DNA of 64,000 bases from an uncultured Gemmatimonadales bacterium (GTDB lineage: Bacteria > Gemmatimonadota > Gemmatimonadetes > Gemmatimonadales > GWC2-71-9): positions 32,001 to 96,000 of the forward strand of contig CAVSQW010000004.1 of assembly GCA_963730185.1 (NCBI GenBank), read 5' to 3'. Under the pieces are notes generated by a model. The model did no database searches. It was not told the origin of the DNA and saw only the letters and a list, made by a program, of their open reading frames with translations. The position numbers and the translations under genes are program-made. This document shows, piece after piece, positions 29,618 through 41,459 of the stretch. Every line of letters starts with the position of its first letter. The first letter of the stretch is position 1.

Positions 29618-32260
29618 TCAGGCCGCCTCCACGTGGGCCCGGCCGGCCCGGCGGTGGCGACGCATCAGATCGAACAGCCCACGGAGCGGGGTGGGGGTGG
29701 CGCCGGCGACCCGGTTACGGGTCCCGATCTCGAAGAGGAGTGCCCACTGCCGGAACAGCACTCGATAGGCCCGGAACAGCGAGTTGGCCGGATCGTAGAT
29801 GCTGGTCGCTTCGGAGGTGGCGCCGTTGAGCTCCAGGATCTTGAAGCTGTCACCCCGGCTCAACGCCTCGTACGACGGCGCTCTGATGTCGTAGCGCCCG
29901 AACCAGAACCCATCGTAGGTCCGGCTCACCTCGTCGATCGCGGCCTCGAGGGCCGGCGTTCTGACCCGCTCACCCTCGAAGAACGCCGCCCCCCGGCAAT
30001 GGGTTCCCAACTCGGCCAGGGGGACGATTTCGCCCGCCGCTGGGACGCTGGCCAACCGGGACGCATGATGGGTGAGAAAGAACCGGGCCATGCCGACCGC
30101 GCGGTCGTCGGTCAGGATCAGTTCCTCCAGCGACCGGACCCCGTCACCGGTGACGGCGGGGAGCCGCTTGTCGGTGAGGGCGAAGAGCCGGCCCCGCTCC
30201 TCACCGGGGATCCGGTAGTAGAAAATGCCCATCTCGACGCCGGGCACGTACTCCTGGATCAGCACCGGCTCGACCGCCCGGGCGAGGTAGGCCTCCGCGG
30301 CGGCCAGATCCCGAACGATGGCCACTCCATCGCCGCGCTCGCCGACGTCGGGCTTGAGCACCACGGGAAAGTCGAGCCGGTGCTCGGTCAGGAAGCGTCG
30401 GACCGCCGCCACCCGTTCGGCGAGCGATCCGCCGGGCGGCAGGAGACGCCAGCGGGCCACCCGGTCGCCGGCGCCGTCGAGCCCGCGAAGGATCTCCGCC
30501 TTGGACTCGCCCACGAAGCCGCCGCCCGGGATCGCCGGGTTGGCCGCGGTCCAGACCGTCAGGCTCCGGTGCTTGAGCGCCAGCCAGAGGACGTAGAGCA
30601 CCACCGGTGGATAGAAGGCCCAGCGGGGCCAGTATTCCCAGCGGGTGAGCCGCCGCCAGCGGGAGACCAGGAGCCGCCGGCCCCGCCAGGAGCAGAGCGG
30701 GACCACCAGCTTGACCACGATCAGGAGCAGGAGCGCCACCCCGAGCAGGGTGGGCATGGCGAATCGCTGGTAGGCCGTGAACCCGGCGAGCACCCGACTT
30801 CCGAAGAGGGCGCTGGCGCCGACCAGGGCGGGCGTCCAGAGCGCCGCCGCGAGGACGAAGACGCCGAGGAAGGCGAGCGCCCGGGTGTGGAGGATGCCGG
30901 CCGTCAGATAGGTCGGGAGGCGGGTGCCGGGCACGAACCGGGTCAGGAGGGCGATCCAGGCCCCATAGCGGCGGAACCAGGCCGAGCTCCGGTCGATGTC
31001 GGCGTCACTGACCAGCCAGCGGAGCGGCGCCCGGCGGACGGCCGGCCGGCCGATCCAGCGCCCGGCCGCGAAGAGCAGGAGGTCGCCACCCACGATCCCC
31101 ACCGCGCACGCGGTGGTGCCGGCCACGAACCCGAGGGAACCCCGGCCGATCAGGAGCCCGGCGGCGATGCAGGCCAGGTCTTCGCTGACCAGCGTCGCCA
31201 CGGCCAGGAGCACCAGCAGGATGCTCAGCGCGAGCCCGGCGACCGGCGGAATGACCCGGGGGTCGAACGGCCGGGCCGCCGCGGCCAGCCGGGCCGGGTC
31301 GGCGGTGGCCCGGGTTATGGCGGTGCCCTGGTCGACCGAGTCGAGGAACCGGTCGACGACCGGGGCGAGCTCGGACGCGCGGGCGAAGGCCATGAAGTGG
31401 TTGGCTGCCGGATCGCGAAACATCACCAGCTCGCTCTGGGGGAGGAGCCGGGCGTGCTCAGCGGCGATCGCGGGCTGGACCAGCGGGTCCCGGTCGCCCT
31501 GGATGATCAGCGCCGGTCCGCCGAACCGGCTCAGGATCCCGCGGAGCGGCCGTTGGTCGGAGTCGTAGAAATTCCGGGCATACTCCACGTTCAGCATCCC
31601 GAAGAGCCCGCCGTCGGGGGCGCCGACGTGGGGAACGGCTTCGCGGAGGAGCCAGAGCCCGGCCAGCTGGAGCCCGTGAATGGTGTGGTTCAGGTAGTAG
31701 TCGCCGAGGAGCTCGTATTCCTGCGCGCCGATGGCCGAGAGGAGGGTGAGCGACTCGATCCGGTCGGGCGCCAGTCCCGCCATGCTGATGGCCACCCCAC
31801 CGCCCATGCTGAAGCCCAGCACGTTGGCCTTCCGGATCCCGAGCGAGTCCATCAGCTCGAGCACGTACCGGGCGTGGGCCAGGAACGAGTAGTCCGGGAC
31901 GTCGTGGGTGGAGCCACCGAACCCGGGCAGGTCGGGCGCGATGGCCCGGCGCCGGGCGCCGAGCAGGTGGGTGAGCTGGGAGACCTCGCGGTTGGAGCCC
32001 GGGCTCCCGTGGAGCAGGATGATCGGAGTCCGGTCGTCGGCGCTGTCGGCGCTGTCGGGCCGAACGTCGAGGAAGGCGAGCCGGACCGTGCCCGCCACCA
32101 CCTTCGCCCCCCGCACCGCGCCGACCGGCACGACCCGTTCGGTCGGGCGGGGTGTCGGGACGAACGGGTGGGCCGAGCGCCACAGGTGTGACAGCGCGAC
32201 CAGGACGGCCCAGACTCCCACGACCCATCGGAGCCAATGGCGCCGGGGCCGGCCGGTCAT
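29618..32260 (-). CDS. Triple fusion: alpha/beta hydrolase + DedA/VTT membrane domain + ATP-grasp (D-Ala-D-Ala-ligase-like) domain
   Basis: Hydrolase: HGSPG, GFSMGG, GDRDPLV, ANHF. DedA: ATLVSEDLACI, RFVPGTRLPTY. ATP-grasp: LKPDVGERG, IQEY, FGRYDIR, ILELNG. Confidence 0.85.
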   Translation of the reverse strand: MTGRPRRHWLRWVVGVWAVLVALSHLWRSAHPFVPTPRPTERVVPVGAVRGAKVVAGTVRLAFLDVRPDSADSADDRTPIILLHGSPGSNREVSQLTHLLGARRRAIAPDLPGFGGSTHDVPDYSFLAHARYVLELMDSLGIRKANVLGFSMGGGVAISMAGLAPDRIESLTLLSAIGAQEYELLGDYYLNHTIHGLQLAGLWLLREAVPHVGAPDGGLFGMLNVEYARNFYDSDQRPLRGILSRFGGPALIIQGDRDPLVQPAIAAEHARLLPQSELVMFRDPAANHFMAFARASELAPVVDRFLDSVDQGTAITRATADPARLAAAARPFDPRVIPPVAGLALSILLVLLAVATLVSEDLACIAAGLLIGRGSLGFVAGTTACAVGIVGGDLLLFAAGRWIGRPAVRRAPLRWLVSDADIDRSSAWFRRYGAWIALLTRFVPGTRLPTYLTAGILHTRALAFLGVFVLAAALWTPALVGASALFGSRVLAGFTAYQRFAMPTLLGVALLLLIVVKLVVPLCSWRGRRLLVSRWRRLTRWEYWPRWAFYPPVVLYVLWLALKHRSLTVWTAANPAIPGGGFVGESKAEILRGLDGAGDRVARWRLLPPGGSLAERVAAVRRFLTEHRLDFPVVLKPDVGERGDGVAIVRDLAAAEAYLARAVEPVLIQEYVPGVEMGIFYYRIPGEERGRLFALTDKRLPAVTGDGVRSLEELILTDDRAVGMARFFLTHHASRLASVPAAGEIVPLAELGTHCRGAAFFEGERVRTPALEAAIDEVSRTYDGFWFGRYDIRAPSYEALSRGDSFKILELNGATSEATSIYDPANSLFRAYRVLFRQWALLFEIGTRNRVAGATPTPLRGLFDLMRRHRRAGRAHVEAA

Positions 32261-32994
32261 CAAGCGGGCTCGCCCCGGCGGGGAAGGGAGAGCGTGGTCA
32301 CCGGGCCGCCCTCGCAGGGGGCGCCGTCCACGTGGGCGAGCTGGACCTGGTGGGTCTCGACCGTGACGACCGTGTATCCCCGGGTTGCCGCCTCGGGCCG
32401 GTGCATGCACACCGAGAAGGGCCCCCGCTCGGGGTCGTGGCTCCGGTGGAACCGATCGAGCCGATCGCGGGTGACCGGGCCGTCGCCCAGCATCGCCCGC
32501 CAGGCCGCGCTCCGCGCCCGCTCGGCCTCGGCCTGATCGCGGCCCGAGCTGGTCCGGATCATCCCGGGCGTCTCCACCAGCGCGCGGAGCAGCAGGGCGC
32601 CGGTCCAGTCGGTGAGCAGGACTTCGCGGCCGGGGTCGACGGCGGCCAGGGTGAACGGCTGATACCGACCCAGCGTGGCTGGCGCCAGCCGGTCGATGGC
32701 GCGGCCGGCCGTTCGGGCATCGAGCAGCGAGCGAACCAGGAGGCCGCGGCTCACCCGGTTGGGTTCTGGATCGGGCGGCGACTCGGCGTACCGGTTGAGG
32801 AGCGCGATGGTGACCCCGTACTCGTTGACCCCGATCCAGGTACCGCCGAAGTCGCCGTCGGTGGGGGCGAGATAGGCTACACCCTCGCGCTCGCCCCGCG
32901 TCGGCGGCAGGGCAGGGGCCCGGGTCAGACGCTCGTCGCGGTTGAAGTAGAGGGCGTAGCCGTCGGGCTCACCGAGCCAGCTCAGAGTACACAC
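32260..32994 (-). CDS. NRDE/TANGO2 family protein (Ntn-hydrolase fold)
   Basis: GTG-Cys-Thr start; NRDE, GGTWIGVNEYG and SRGLLV motifs. Confidence 0.9.
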   Translation of the reverse strand: MCTLSWLGEPDGYALYFNRDERLTRAPALPPTRGEREGVAYLAPTDGDFGGTWIGVNEYGVTIALLNRYAESPPDPEPNRVSRGLLVRSLLDARTAGRAIDRLAPATLGRYQPFTLAAVDPGREVLLTDWTGALLLRALVETPGMIRTSSGRDQAEAERARSAAWRAMLGDGPVTRDRLDRFHRSHDPERGPFSVCMHRPEAATRGYTVVTVETHQVQLAHVDGAPCEGGPVTTLSLPRRGEPA

Positions 32995-33509
32995 TACCGC
33001 TCGGCCCGAGCGTGCGCCTGGGTCGAAGGGGCCACGCCGAAGTCGGGGCCGAGGGTCACCGGCTCGTCGGCCAGGAGGAGCTTGATCAGGGCGAAGTGAT
33101 GCACGGTATGACTCACCAGAAACTGGATCTCGCGGGCCACCGTGGACCGCGACCACTCGGGCTCGGGCGCGTCGACGGCGGTCCGGAGCTGGACGGCCAC
33201 CGGCCGATCGGGCTCGATGCCTTGGAGCGAGGCCAGGCCGTCGAGGGCCTCGCGGGTGGCTTGGGCGGCGCGAGTCGGGTCCTGCTCGAGCCGGGCGTCG
33301 CGCCGCCGGGCATCGTAGTCTATCGCCCCGGTGGCCACCCCGGCCAGGAAACACTGATAGTGCTCCACCACGTGCCGGTACTGCGCCCCGACCGGCGCCC
33401 AGCCGCCCCGGTGGGCCGCGTACCGCTCCGGAGACAGCGCGACCAGCAGGGCGAGGGCCTGTTCCAGGAGCAGGCGATTGGCGTCGAGGCCGGTTTCCAG
33501 CGGGTTCAT
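32994..33509 (-). CDS. DinB/YfiT-like protein
   Basis: GAQYRHVVEHY, IDYDARRRD and REIQFLVSHTVHHFALI (conserved His) motifs. Confidence 0.82.
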   Translation of the reverse strand: MNPLETGLDANRLLLEQALALLVALSPERYAAHRGGWAPVGAQYRHVVEHYQCFLAGVATGAIDYDARRRDARLEQDPTRAAQATREALDGLASLQGIEPDRPVAVQLRTAVDAPEPEWSRSTVAREIQFLVSHTVHHFALIKLLLADEPVTLGPDFGVAPSTQAHARAER

Positions 33510-34363
33510 GCGCTCTCCACGGTTCCGGCCCGGGCCGACTCGAGGCGGCGGGCCATCAGCGATCGGGCCCGCGCCGCCAACGCGCTCCGGTCGTCGGCGA
33601 CGAGGCCCTCGGGCTCGAAGGTGACGGTAGCATGGAACCCGGGCAACTGACAGAGCCCGAGCACGTGGGGCACGAACGCCATGTCGCCCCACCAGCACAC
33701 CGCGTCCCGCGCCGGCGGCGAGCCGGCGGGGGTCTGATAGCGGATCGTGGCCACGCGGACCGGCGATCCGGAGCGGACGGCCCACTCGAAGAGCGCCGGC
33801 CGCAATTGAGAAACGTCGTCACCGTGGGAGCTGGTTCCCTCGGGGAACACCACCACGCCGAGCCCCCGGGCGACGCCCTGGTCGATCGCGTCGAGGACCC
33901 GGATGGCGTCGCGCGGGCTCGACCGGTCCAGGAATATGGTGCCCACCAGCCGGGTCAGATACCCGACGATCGGCCACTGGTTGAGCTCCCGCTTGGCCAC
34001 GAAGACCACGTCGACCTGGCTCATCAGAAGCACGATGTCCACGTAGCTCAAGTGGTTCGCCACCAGGAAGAAGGGCGGTTCCGGCACCGGCCCTTCGATC
34101 GTGACCCGCATGCCGACGGAGCGGCTCATGCCCCGGGCCCAGAGCCGTGCCATCCGGGCCAGCCACCGCTGCCGGGCCCGGGCCCAGGGCGTCAGGATGC
34201 CGATCCCGACCAGCGCGACGGTGAGGCACCCGGTGGTCCACCAGCTCATCAGCAGGAGCCGCCAGAACGGCCGGACCGAGCCGGCGCGGATGAGTCCCGC
34301 CAGCTCGGCCGGGAGGCTCTGGCCGAGCACCTCACGGCGGATCTCCGAAGGGGCGTCGCTCAC
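33506..34363 (-). CDS. Lysophospholipid acyltransferase (PlsC/OlsA-like)
   Basis: NHLSYVD, FVAK, GTIFLDR and FPEGT motifs; also CWWGDM.F..H. Confidence 0.92.
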   Translation of the reverse strand: MSDAPSEIRREVLGQSLPAELAGLIRAGSVRPFWRLLLMSWWTTGCLTVALVGIGILTPWARARQRWLARMARLWARGMSRSVGMRVTIEGPVPEPPFFLVANHLSYVDIVLLMSQVDVVFVAKRELNQWPIVGYLTRLVGTIFLDRSSPRDAIRVLDAIDQGVARGLGVVVFPEGTSSHGDDVSQLRPALFEWAVRSGSPVRVATIRYQTPAGSPPARDAVCWWGDMAFVPHVLGLCQLPGFHATVTFEPEGLVADDRSALAARARSLMARRLESARAGTVESA

Positions 34364-35184
34364 CGGAAGAAGGTGCGGAAGGTCGCCGGGTCGATGGTCC
34401 TCACGTCGAGCATCACCAGCCAGTCGATGGTCTTGAACAGGGGATCGATTGCCGGCGGGCCGGCCACCTTCGCTCCGAGCGCCAGATAGGTCTGGAACAG
34501 CGCCGGGACGTGCGGCTCGGGCAGCGGGGCGTCCGGATCGGCCACCGCGCACCGTCCGGCCGGGCGGGGCTGCACCCCGAACCGCTCGTCCACCGCGCCG
34601 ATCCGCTCCAGGTGGCGGTGGACCGAGACGCCGACCGCCGGATCCATGCTGTTGACCGAACAGCAGCCGAAAAGATAGTGCTTCCGGTTCCAGGTCAGGT
34701 AGGAGGCCAATCCCCGCCAGAGGAGGTGCAGCACCCGGCCGTTCCGATGGGCCTTGGCCACGCAGGCCCGCCCGATTTCGACGGCACCCCCTTCGACGTC
34801 GGCGGGGAGGCCGCTCAGATCGAACTCGCCGTCCGAGTAGTAGCCGCCGCCTTCGCGGGCCATCTCGGCGGTCTGCATCCGGTAGGTCCCCACCACCTCG
34901 GTGCCGGAGCGGTCGAGGATCATCAGGTGGTGGAAGCGCTGATCGAGGTCGTCCTCGTCACGGCCGTTCTGATGCGAGCTGTCGAGGCCTTCGCCCAGCT
35001 CCAGGTTGAAGACCTCGTAGCGGAGCCGGAGGAGCCGGTCGAGGTCGGCCGCGGTGCGGGCGAACCGGACCAAGTAGTTGCCGGCCTCGAGGTGGAGATC
35101 CGGCAGGGCGTCGGGCGCGATCGGGTACTCGGCCGTGGCGGGCTCGAGACTCCGGATCGAACGGCGACGGATGGGCTCGATCAT
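34360..35184 (-). CDS. GNAT-fold N-acyltransferase (OlsB-like N-acyl amino acid synthase)
   Basis: RLRYEVFNLEL, DEDDLD, VVGTYR, EFD, EIGRACV..HRNG, LW.GL, FGCCS and GPPA.D..F.T.D motifs. Confidence 0.88.
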   Translation of the reverse strand: MIEPIRRRSIRSLEPATAEYPIAPDALPDLHLEAGNYLVRFARTAADLDRLLRLRYEVFNLELGEGLDSSHQNGRDEDDLDQRFHHLMILDRSGTEVVGTYRMQTAEMAREGGGYYSDGEFDLSGLPADVEGGAVEIGRACVAKAHRNGRVLHLLWRGLASYLTWNRKHYLFGCCSVNSMDPAVGVSVHRHLERIGAVDERFGVQPRPAGRCAVADPDAPLPEPHVPALFQTYLALGAKVAGPPAIDPLFKTIDWLVMLDVRTIDPATFRTFFR

Positions 35185-36962
35185 GCGGCACTCCGGAGCG
35201 AAGAAGGATCGGCTTCGAGGAGCCAGAGGTCGCCGAGGCGGGCGACCCGGCCGGTGACGGCGACCGGCCGTCCCACCCAACGCGCGAGGCCCGCGATCGG
35301 TTGCCCGCGGCGATCGACCAGGAGCAACTCCAGCCGGTGGCCCTGCTCGTCCCGCACCACCAGCATCGGAGGTAGGCCGCCCGCCACGCAACGCGCGGCG
35401 CACTCCCGGTGGGTCTTGCCCTCCCCCGGGTTCATTACCCCCAAGTAGCACTTGCCGTCCACGATCTCCCCTACGAGATCGAAGGTACCGAGGTTCTGGG
35501 GCGCGGCGGCGGGCGCGGCCGGCTCGGGACGGGGCGCCGTGCCGCTCACCTCGAGCAGGGTCAGCCCGTCGCGATAGGCCAGGGTACCCCGGAGCACCGC
35601 GCGGCGGCCGTCGAGCGGCCCGGCGATCGCCTGGGCGCCGTGCTTGCCGGCCGCCGCCAGCAGATAGCGGCTGACCCGTTCGCTGCCGGGCCGCTGAACT
35701 TCGAGGAGCGGGTAGGGGGCGGTTCGAACCGTGCCGATCAGCTCCGTCGGGTGGCCGTACTCGAACGTTGCCGGCGCGAAGCGATCCTGCGCAAGAGCCA
35801 AGACGCCCACGATGGCTCCGACCAGTACCAGAGCGGCCACGACCAGGTGCCGGGTGAATCGGGCCAGCCCGGTGGGGGCGGTGGGCACGTAGCCGACGTA
35901 GAACTCGTCCCGGCCCGCGGGCGCGGACGGGGACGAGGGGGCGGCCACCGGCTCGACCCGGGTTCCGGGGGCGTTGGGGATCCGATGCACCAGCACCCGA
36001 TCGCCGGCCAGGCGGAGGTTGAAGGTGGGAATCCGGTCGTCGAACGGCGGCGGCGCGGTGCCGCTGTCGGGGCGATACTGGTAGCCGTGCCAGGGACAGG
36101 TGATGCAGCCATCGACGATCCGGCCTTCGCCCAGGGGGCCGTTCTGGTGCCGGCAGACGTTGGAGACCGCCGAGAGCCGGCCCTCGTGCCGGAACACCGC
36201 GACCCGCTCGCCGCCCACCACGCCGACGATGGCGCGGCCCTCGGGGATCGAGGCGGCCGAGCCCACGTCCTCCCAATCCTGGTCCGGCGCCCCCTCGCGA
36301 TCGCGGGCCCGCTCCCGGAGGGCCGCGGCCAGGTGCAACCCCCCGATCGCGACCGCGCCCAGGGCGAAGGGCGCGGCGTACCACAGGCTCCGCTCATCCT
36401 GAAGCACGCCCAGCCCCACGTGGCCGAGGAGCAGCAGGTAGGCTGGGTACACGAGGAGGTGGAGCCGCTTCCAGGCCGGCGGGGTGAGGACCGAGAGCCA
36501 GTAGTCGTGGCTGGTGGCGGCCATCAGGACCAGGATCACCAGCGCGCCGAGGCCCAGCAGCTCGAACGGAAAGCCGCTCACGCTGGTCCAGCTCCGATTC
36601 GAGATCAGCACGCTCACGAGAGGGTTCACGTTGCCGAAGGCGTGGAACTGAACCAGCGCGAACCCGGCATGCGCCAATGCCAGGAGCGCCATGGCGATGC
36701 CCAGGTGGCGGCGGTTGTAGAGCAGGGGCAGAAAGCGCCGGTCCAGGCGAGCCAGCGGGCCGATGGCGAGGATCAGGTGGAGCAAGACGATCCCCGCGAG
36801 GCCGAGCCCCCGGATCAGGATCGTCTCGGCGGTGGCGTCGGGGTGGGTGAGCGCCGTGAGGCCCCCGAACCACGCCACCAGGCCGACCGCCGTGACCCCG
36901 AGAACCGCGTCGTAGATCCGCTTCTGACGGTTCCAGTTGACGGCCCGGTAGGCGACGCTCAT
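35181..36962 (-). CDS. Ferric-reductase-like (MsrQ-type) heme-b membrane domain + Rieske [2Fe-2S] + C-terminal Cys/His domain fusion
   Basis: RRHLG, AHA, ATSHD and WKRLHLLVY; Rieske CRHQ...CPWHG; a further TM helix, then C-x12-H-x2-C-x3-C. Confidence 0.85.
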   Translation of the reverse strand: MSVAYRAVNWNRQKRIYDAVLGVTAVGLVAWFGGLTALTHPDATAETILIRGLGLAGIVLLHLILAIGPLARLDRRFLPLLYNRRHLGIAMALLALAHAGFALVQFHAFGNVNPLVSVLISNRSWTSVSGFPFELLGLGALVILVLMAATSHDYWLSVLTPPAWKRLHLLVYPAYLLLLGHVGLGVLQDERSLWYAAPFALGAVAIGGLHLAAALRERARDREGAPDQDWEDVGSAASIPEGRAIVGVVGGERVAVFRHEGRLSAVSNVCRHQNGPLGEGRIVDGCITCPWHGYQYRPDSGTAPPPFDDRIPTFNLRLAGDRVLVHRIPNAPGTRVEPVAAPSSPSAPAGRDEFYVGYVPTAPTGLARFTRHLVVAALVLVGAIVGVLALAQDRFAPATFEYGHPTELIGTVRTAPYPLLEVQRPGSERVSRYLLAAAGKHGAQAIAGPLDGRRAVLRGTLAYRDGLTLLEVSGTAPRPEPAAPAAAPQNLGTFDLVGEIVDGKCYLGVMNPGEGKTHRECAARCVAGGLPPMLVVRDEQGHRLELLLVDRRGQPIAGLARWVGRPVAVTGRVARLGDLWLLEADPSSLRSAA

Positions 36963-37426
36963 CGGGGCCCTCCCCTCGGGCGGAGCGGGGTGACGGCTTC
37001 GACCCGACCTGGCCCGTTGCTCCAGAGTATGGCCGTCAGCCTCCCACTCGGGAGCCGAAGCCGCTCGGAGACGGCGCGAGGCGCGCCGACCGCGCCGACC
37101 AGGATGGCGTCCGCGGGAAGCCCGCCGGTGCTCGATACGCCCGGGGCCAGGTAGAGCAGGGGGTCGGCCGCCCGGATCGGAAACCGCGGTCGGGTGGTCA
37201 CCACCGTCTCCCCGGTGGCTGGGTTGCCGGCGAGCGACACGATGAGCGGGAAGGTCGAGTCGGCCACCAGGTCGTCGGTCGCAGGGTCCGAGGTGCCGGG
37301 AAGGACGGCGACCACGAGCCGCGACGGATCGGGTCGGGCGGCGAGCGCCCCGAGCACGATGGTCGGCCCGACCGTGACCAACGCCACCGACCAGGCCAGG
37401 TGCCGTCGTCGGAGCCTTCGGATCAT
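36959..37426 (-). CDS. Hypothetical membrane-anchored protein
   Basis: MIRRLRRRH, one TM helix and 'ADPLLY' soluble domain; ATGA overlaps at both ends. Confidence 0.7.
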   Translation of the reverse strand: MIRRLRRRHLAWSVALVTVGPTIVLGALAARPDPSRLVVAVLPGTSDPATDDLVADSTFPLIVSLAGNPATGETVVTTRPRFPIRAADPLLYLAPGVSSTGGLPADAILVGAVGAPRAVSERLRLPSGRLTAILWSNGPGRVEAVTPLRPRGGPR

Positions 37427-37695
37427 CCGGGCGGCCTGGCTCGGGCGGCGTCGCGATGGGCGTCGTGCGGCTCGGGCGGGGCTGGGCCTCCGCGGGACAC
37501 CCGCCACACGATCGCCGGCCAGAGCAGCGCGGCGCCGGGCACGATCAGGAGTCGAAAGCCCCAGGTCCCGTGGCCGGCCGCGGGATCGAGCCGACCGGCC
37601 CCACGGAACGCCAGCCACGCCGCGCACCCGGCGCCCACCGCCAGGTAAGCCGCGGTGAGGAGGACGATGGTGGAGGCGGTCTGGATCGCGGTCAT
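37423..37695 (-). CDS. Small 2-TM hypothetical protein
   Basis: AAYLAVG...RLDPAA..GTWGFRLLIVPG.ALLWP; ATGA overlap with the next gene. Confidence 0.72.
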   Translation of the reverse strand: MTAIQTASTIVLLTAAYLAVGAGCAAWLAFRGAGRLDPAAGHGTWGFRLLIVPGAALLWPAIVWRVSRGGPAPPEPHDAHRDAARARPPG

Positions 37696-37890
37696 GTGAG
37701 AGTCCCAATCTCTGGTTCGGCGGGGGCTTTGGCCAGACCGGACATCCAAGGAACGCCGTCGGCGGGTGTTCGGTTCCGAGGCGGGCCGCCGCGGGTGGGC
37801 GCTCCCGCCATCCGGGGGATCGGGCCGCTCGCGGGTCGATCTCGGCGGGCGGCGAGGCCGACTAGTATTCGGGTGGAGGAAGGGCATCAG

Positions 37891-40592
<2,702 letters not shown>

Positions 40593-40596
<4 letters not shown>

Positions 40597-41456
40597 CCTT
40601 ACCCAGCGAGACCGGCATTCCCGTTGCGTCCACCTTCATCGATCGCCCGGCCCCTCGGCTGCTCGCGGGCCAGAACGTCCTGGTGACCGGCGCCAGCTCG
40701 GGCATCGGCAAAGCCGTCGCCTTCGCCATGGCCTCCGCCGGCGCCGACGTCTGCGTCAACTATCCGGTCGAGACCGAGATGGCCAAGGCCGAAGGCGAGG
40801 TCGAGGAGATCAAACAACTGGGTGGCCGGGCCTGGGCCCACCAGTGCGACGTCTCGAAGGAGGACGAGGTGATCGCGATGTTCGACCGGATTCGTCGCGA
40901 GATGGGCACGGTCGACATCGTGGTGGCCAACGCCGGGATCCAGCGCGACGCGCCGTTCCATGAGATGACCCTCGACCAGTGGAACCGCGTGCTCGCGGTG
41001 AACCTGACGGGCCAGTTCCTGTGCATCCGCGAGGCGGTCAAGGAGTTCCGCCGGCGCGGCTTCCGGGACGTGTCACGCGCGCTGGGGAAGGTGATCTGCA
41101 TGAGTTCGGTCCACGAGGTGATTCCCTGGGCCGGGCACGTGAACTACGCCGCGTCGAAGGGTGGGGTGATGCTGATGATGAAGAGCATCGCCCAGGAGGT
41201 CGCGCCCCAGAAGATCCGGGTCCTCGCGGTGGCCCCCGGCGCCATCCGGACCCCGATCAACAAGGACGCCTGGGATACCCCCGAGGCCCTGAACAAGCTG
41301 CTCACCCTGATCCCGGCCAAGCGGATCGGCGAGACCGAGGACATCGCCCGGACCTGCGTCTGGCTGGCCTCGGACGAAGCCGACTACATCACCGGGACGA
41401 CGCTCTTCGTCGACGGCGGGATGACCCTCTACCCGGGCTTCGAAGCCGGGGGATGA
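40593..41456 (+). CDS. Glucose 1-dehydrogenase-like SDR oxidoreductase
   Basis: TGASSGIG, NAG, SSVHEVIPW, YAASK and DGGMTLYPGF motifs. Confidence 0.92.
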
Positions 41457-41459
41457 ATC

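Noticed and set aside
22501..32191. Very long + strand ORFs (22501-25254, 24837-28088, 29117-32191)
   Set aside because: Antisense shadows of well-supported - strand genes. High GC3 suppresses stop codons, and the translations have no recognisable motifs.
33506..35184. Naming the acyltransferase pair olsB/olsA outright
   Set aside because: Family membership is clear, but amino-acid specificity cannot be read from sequence, and the operon context suggests a different product.
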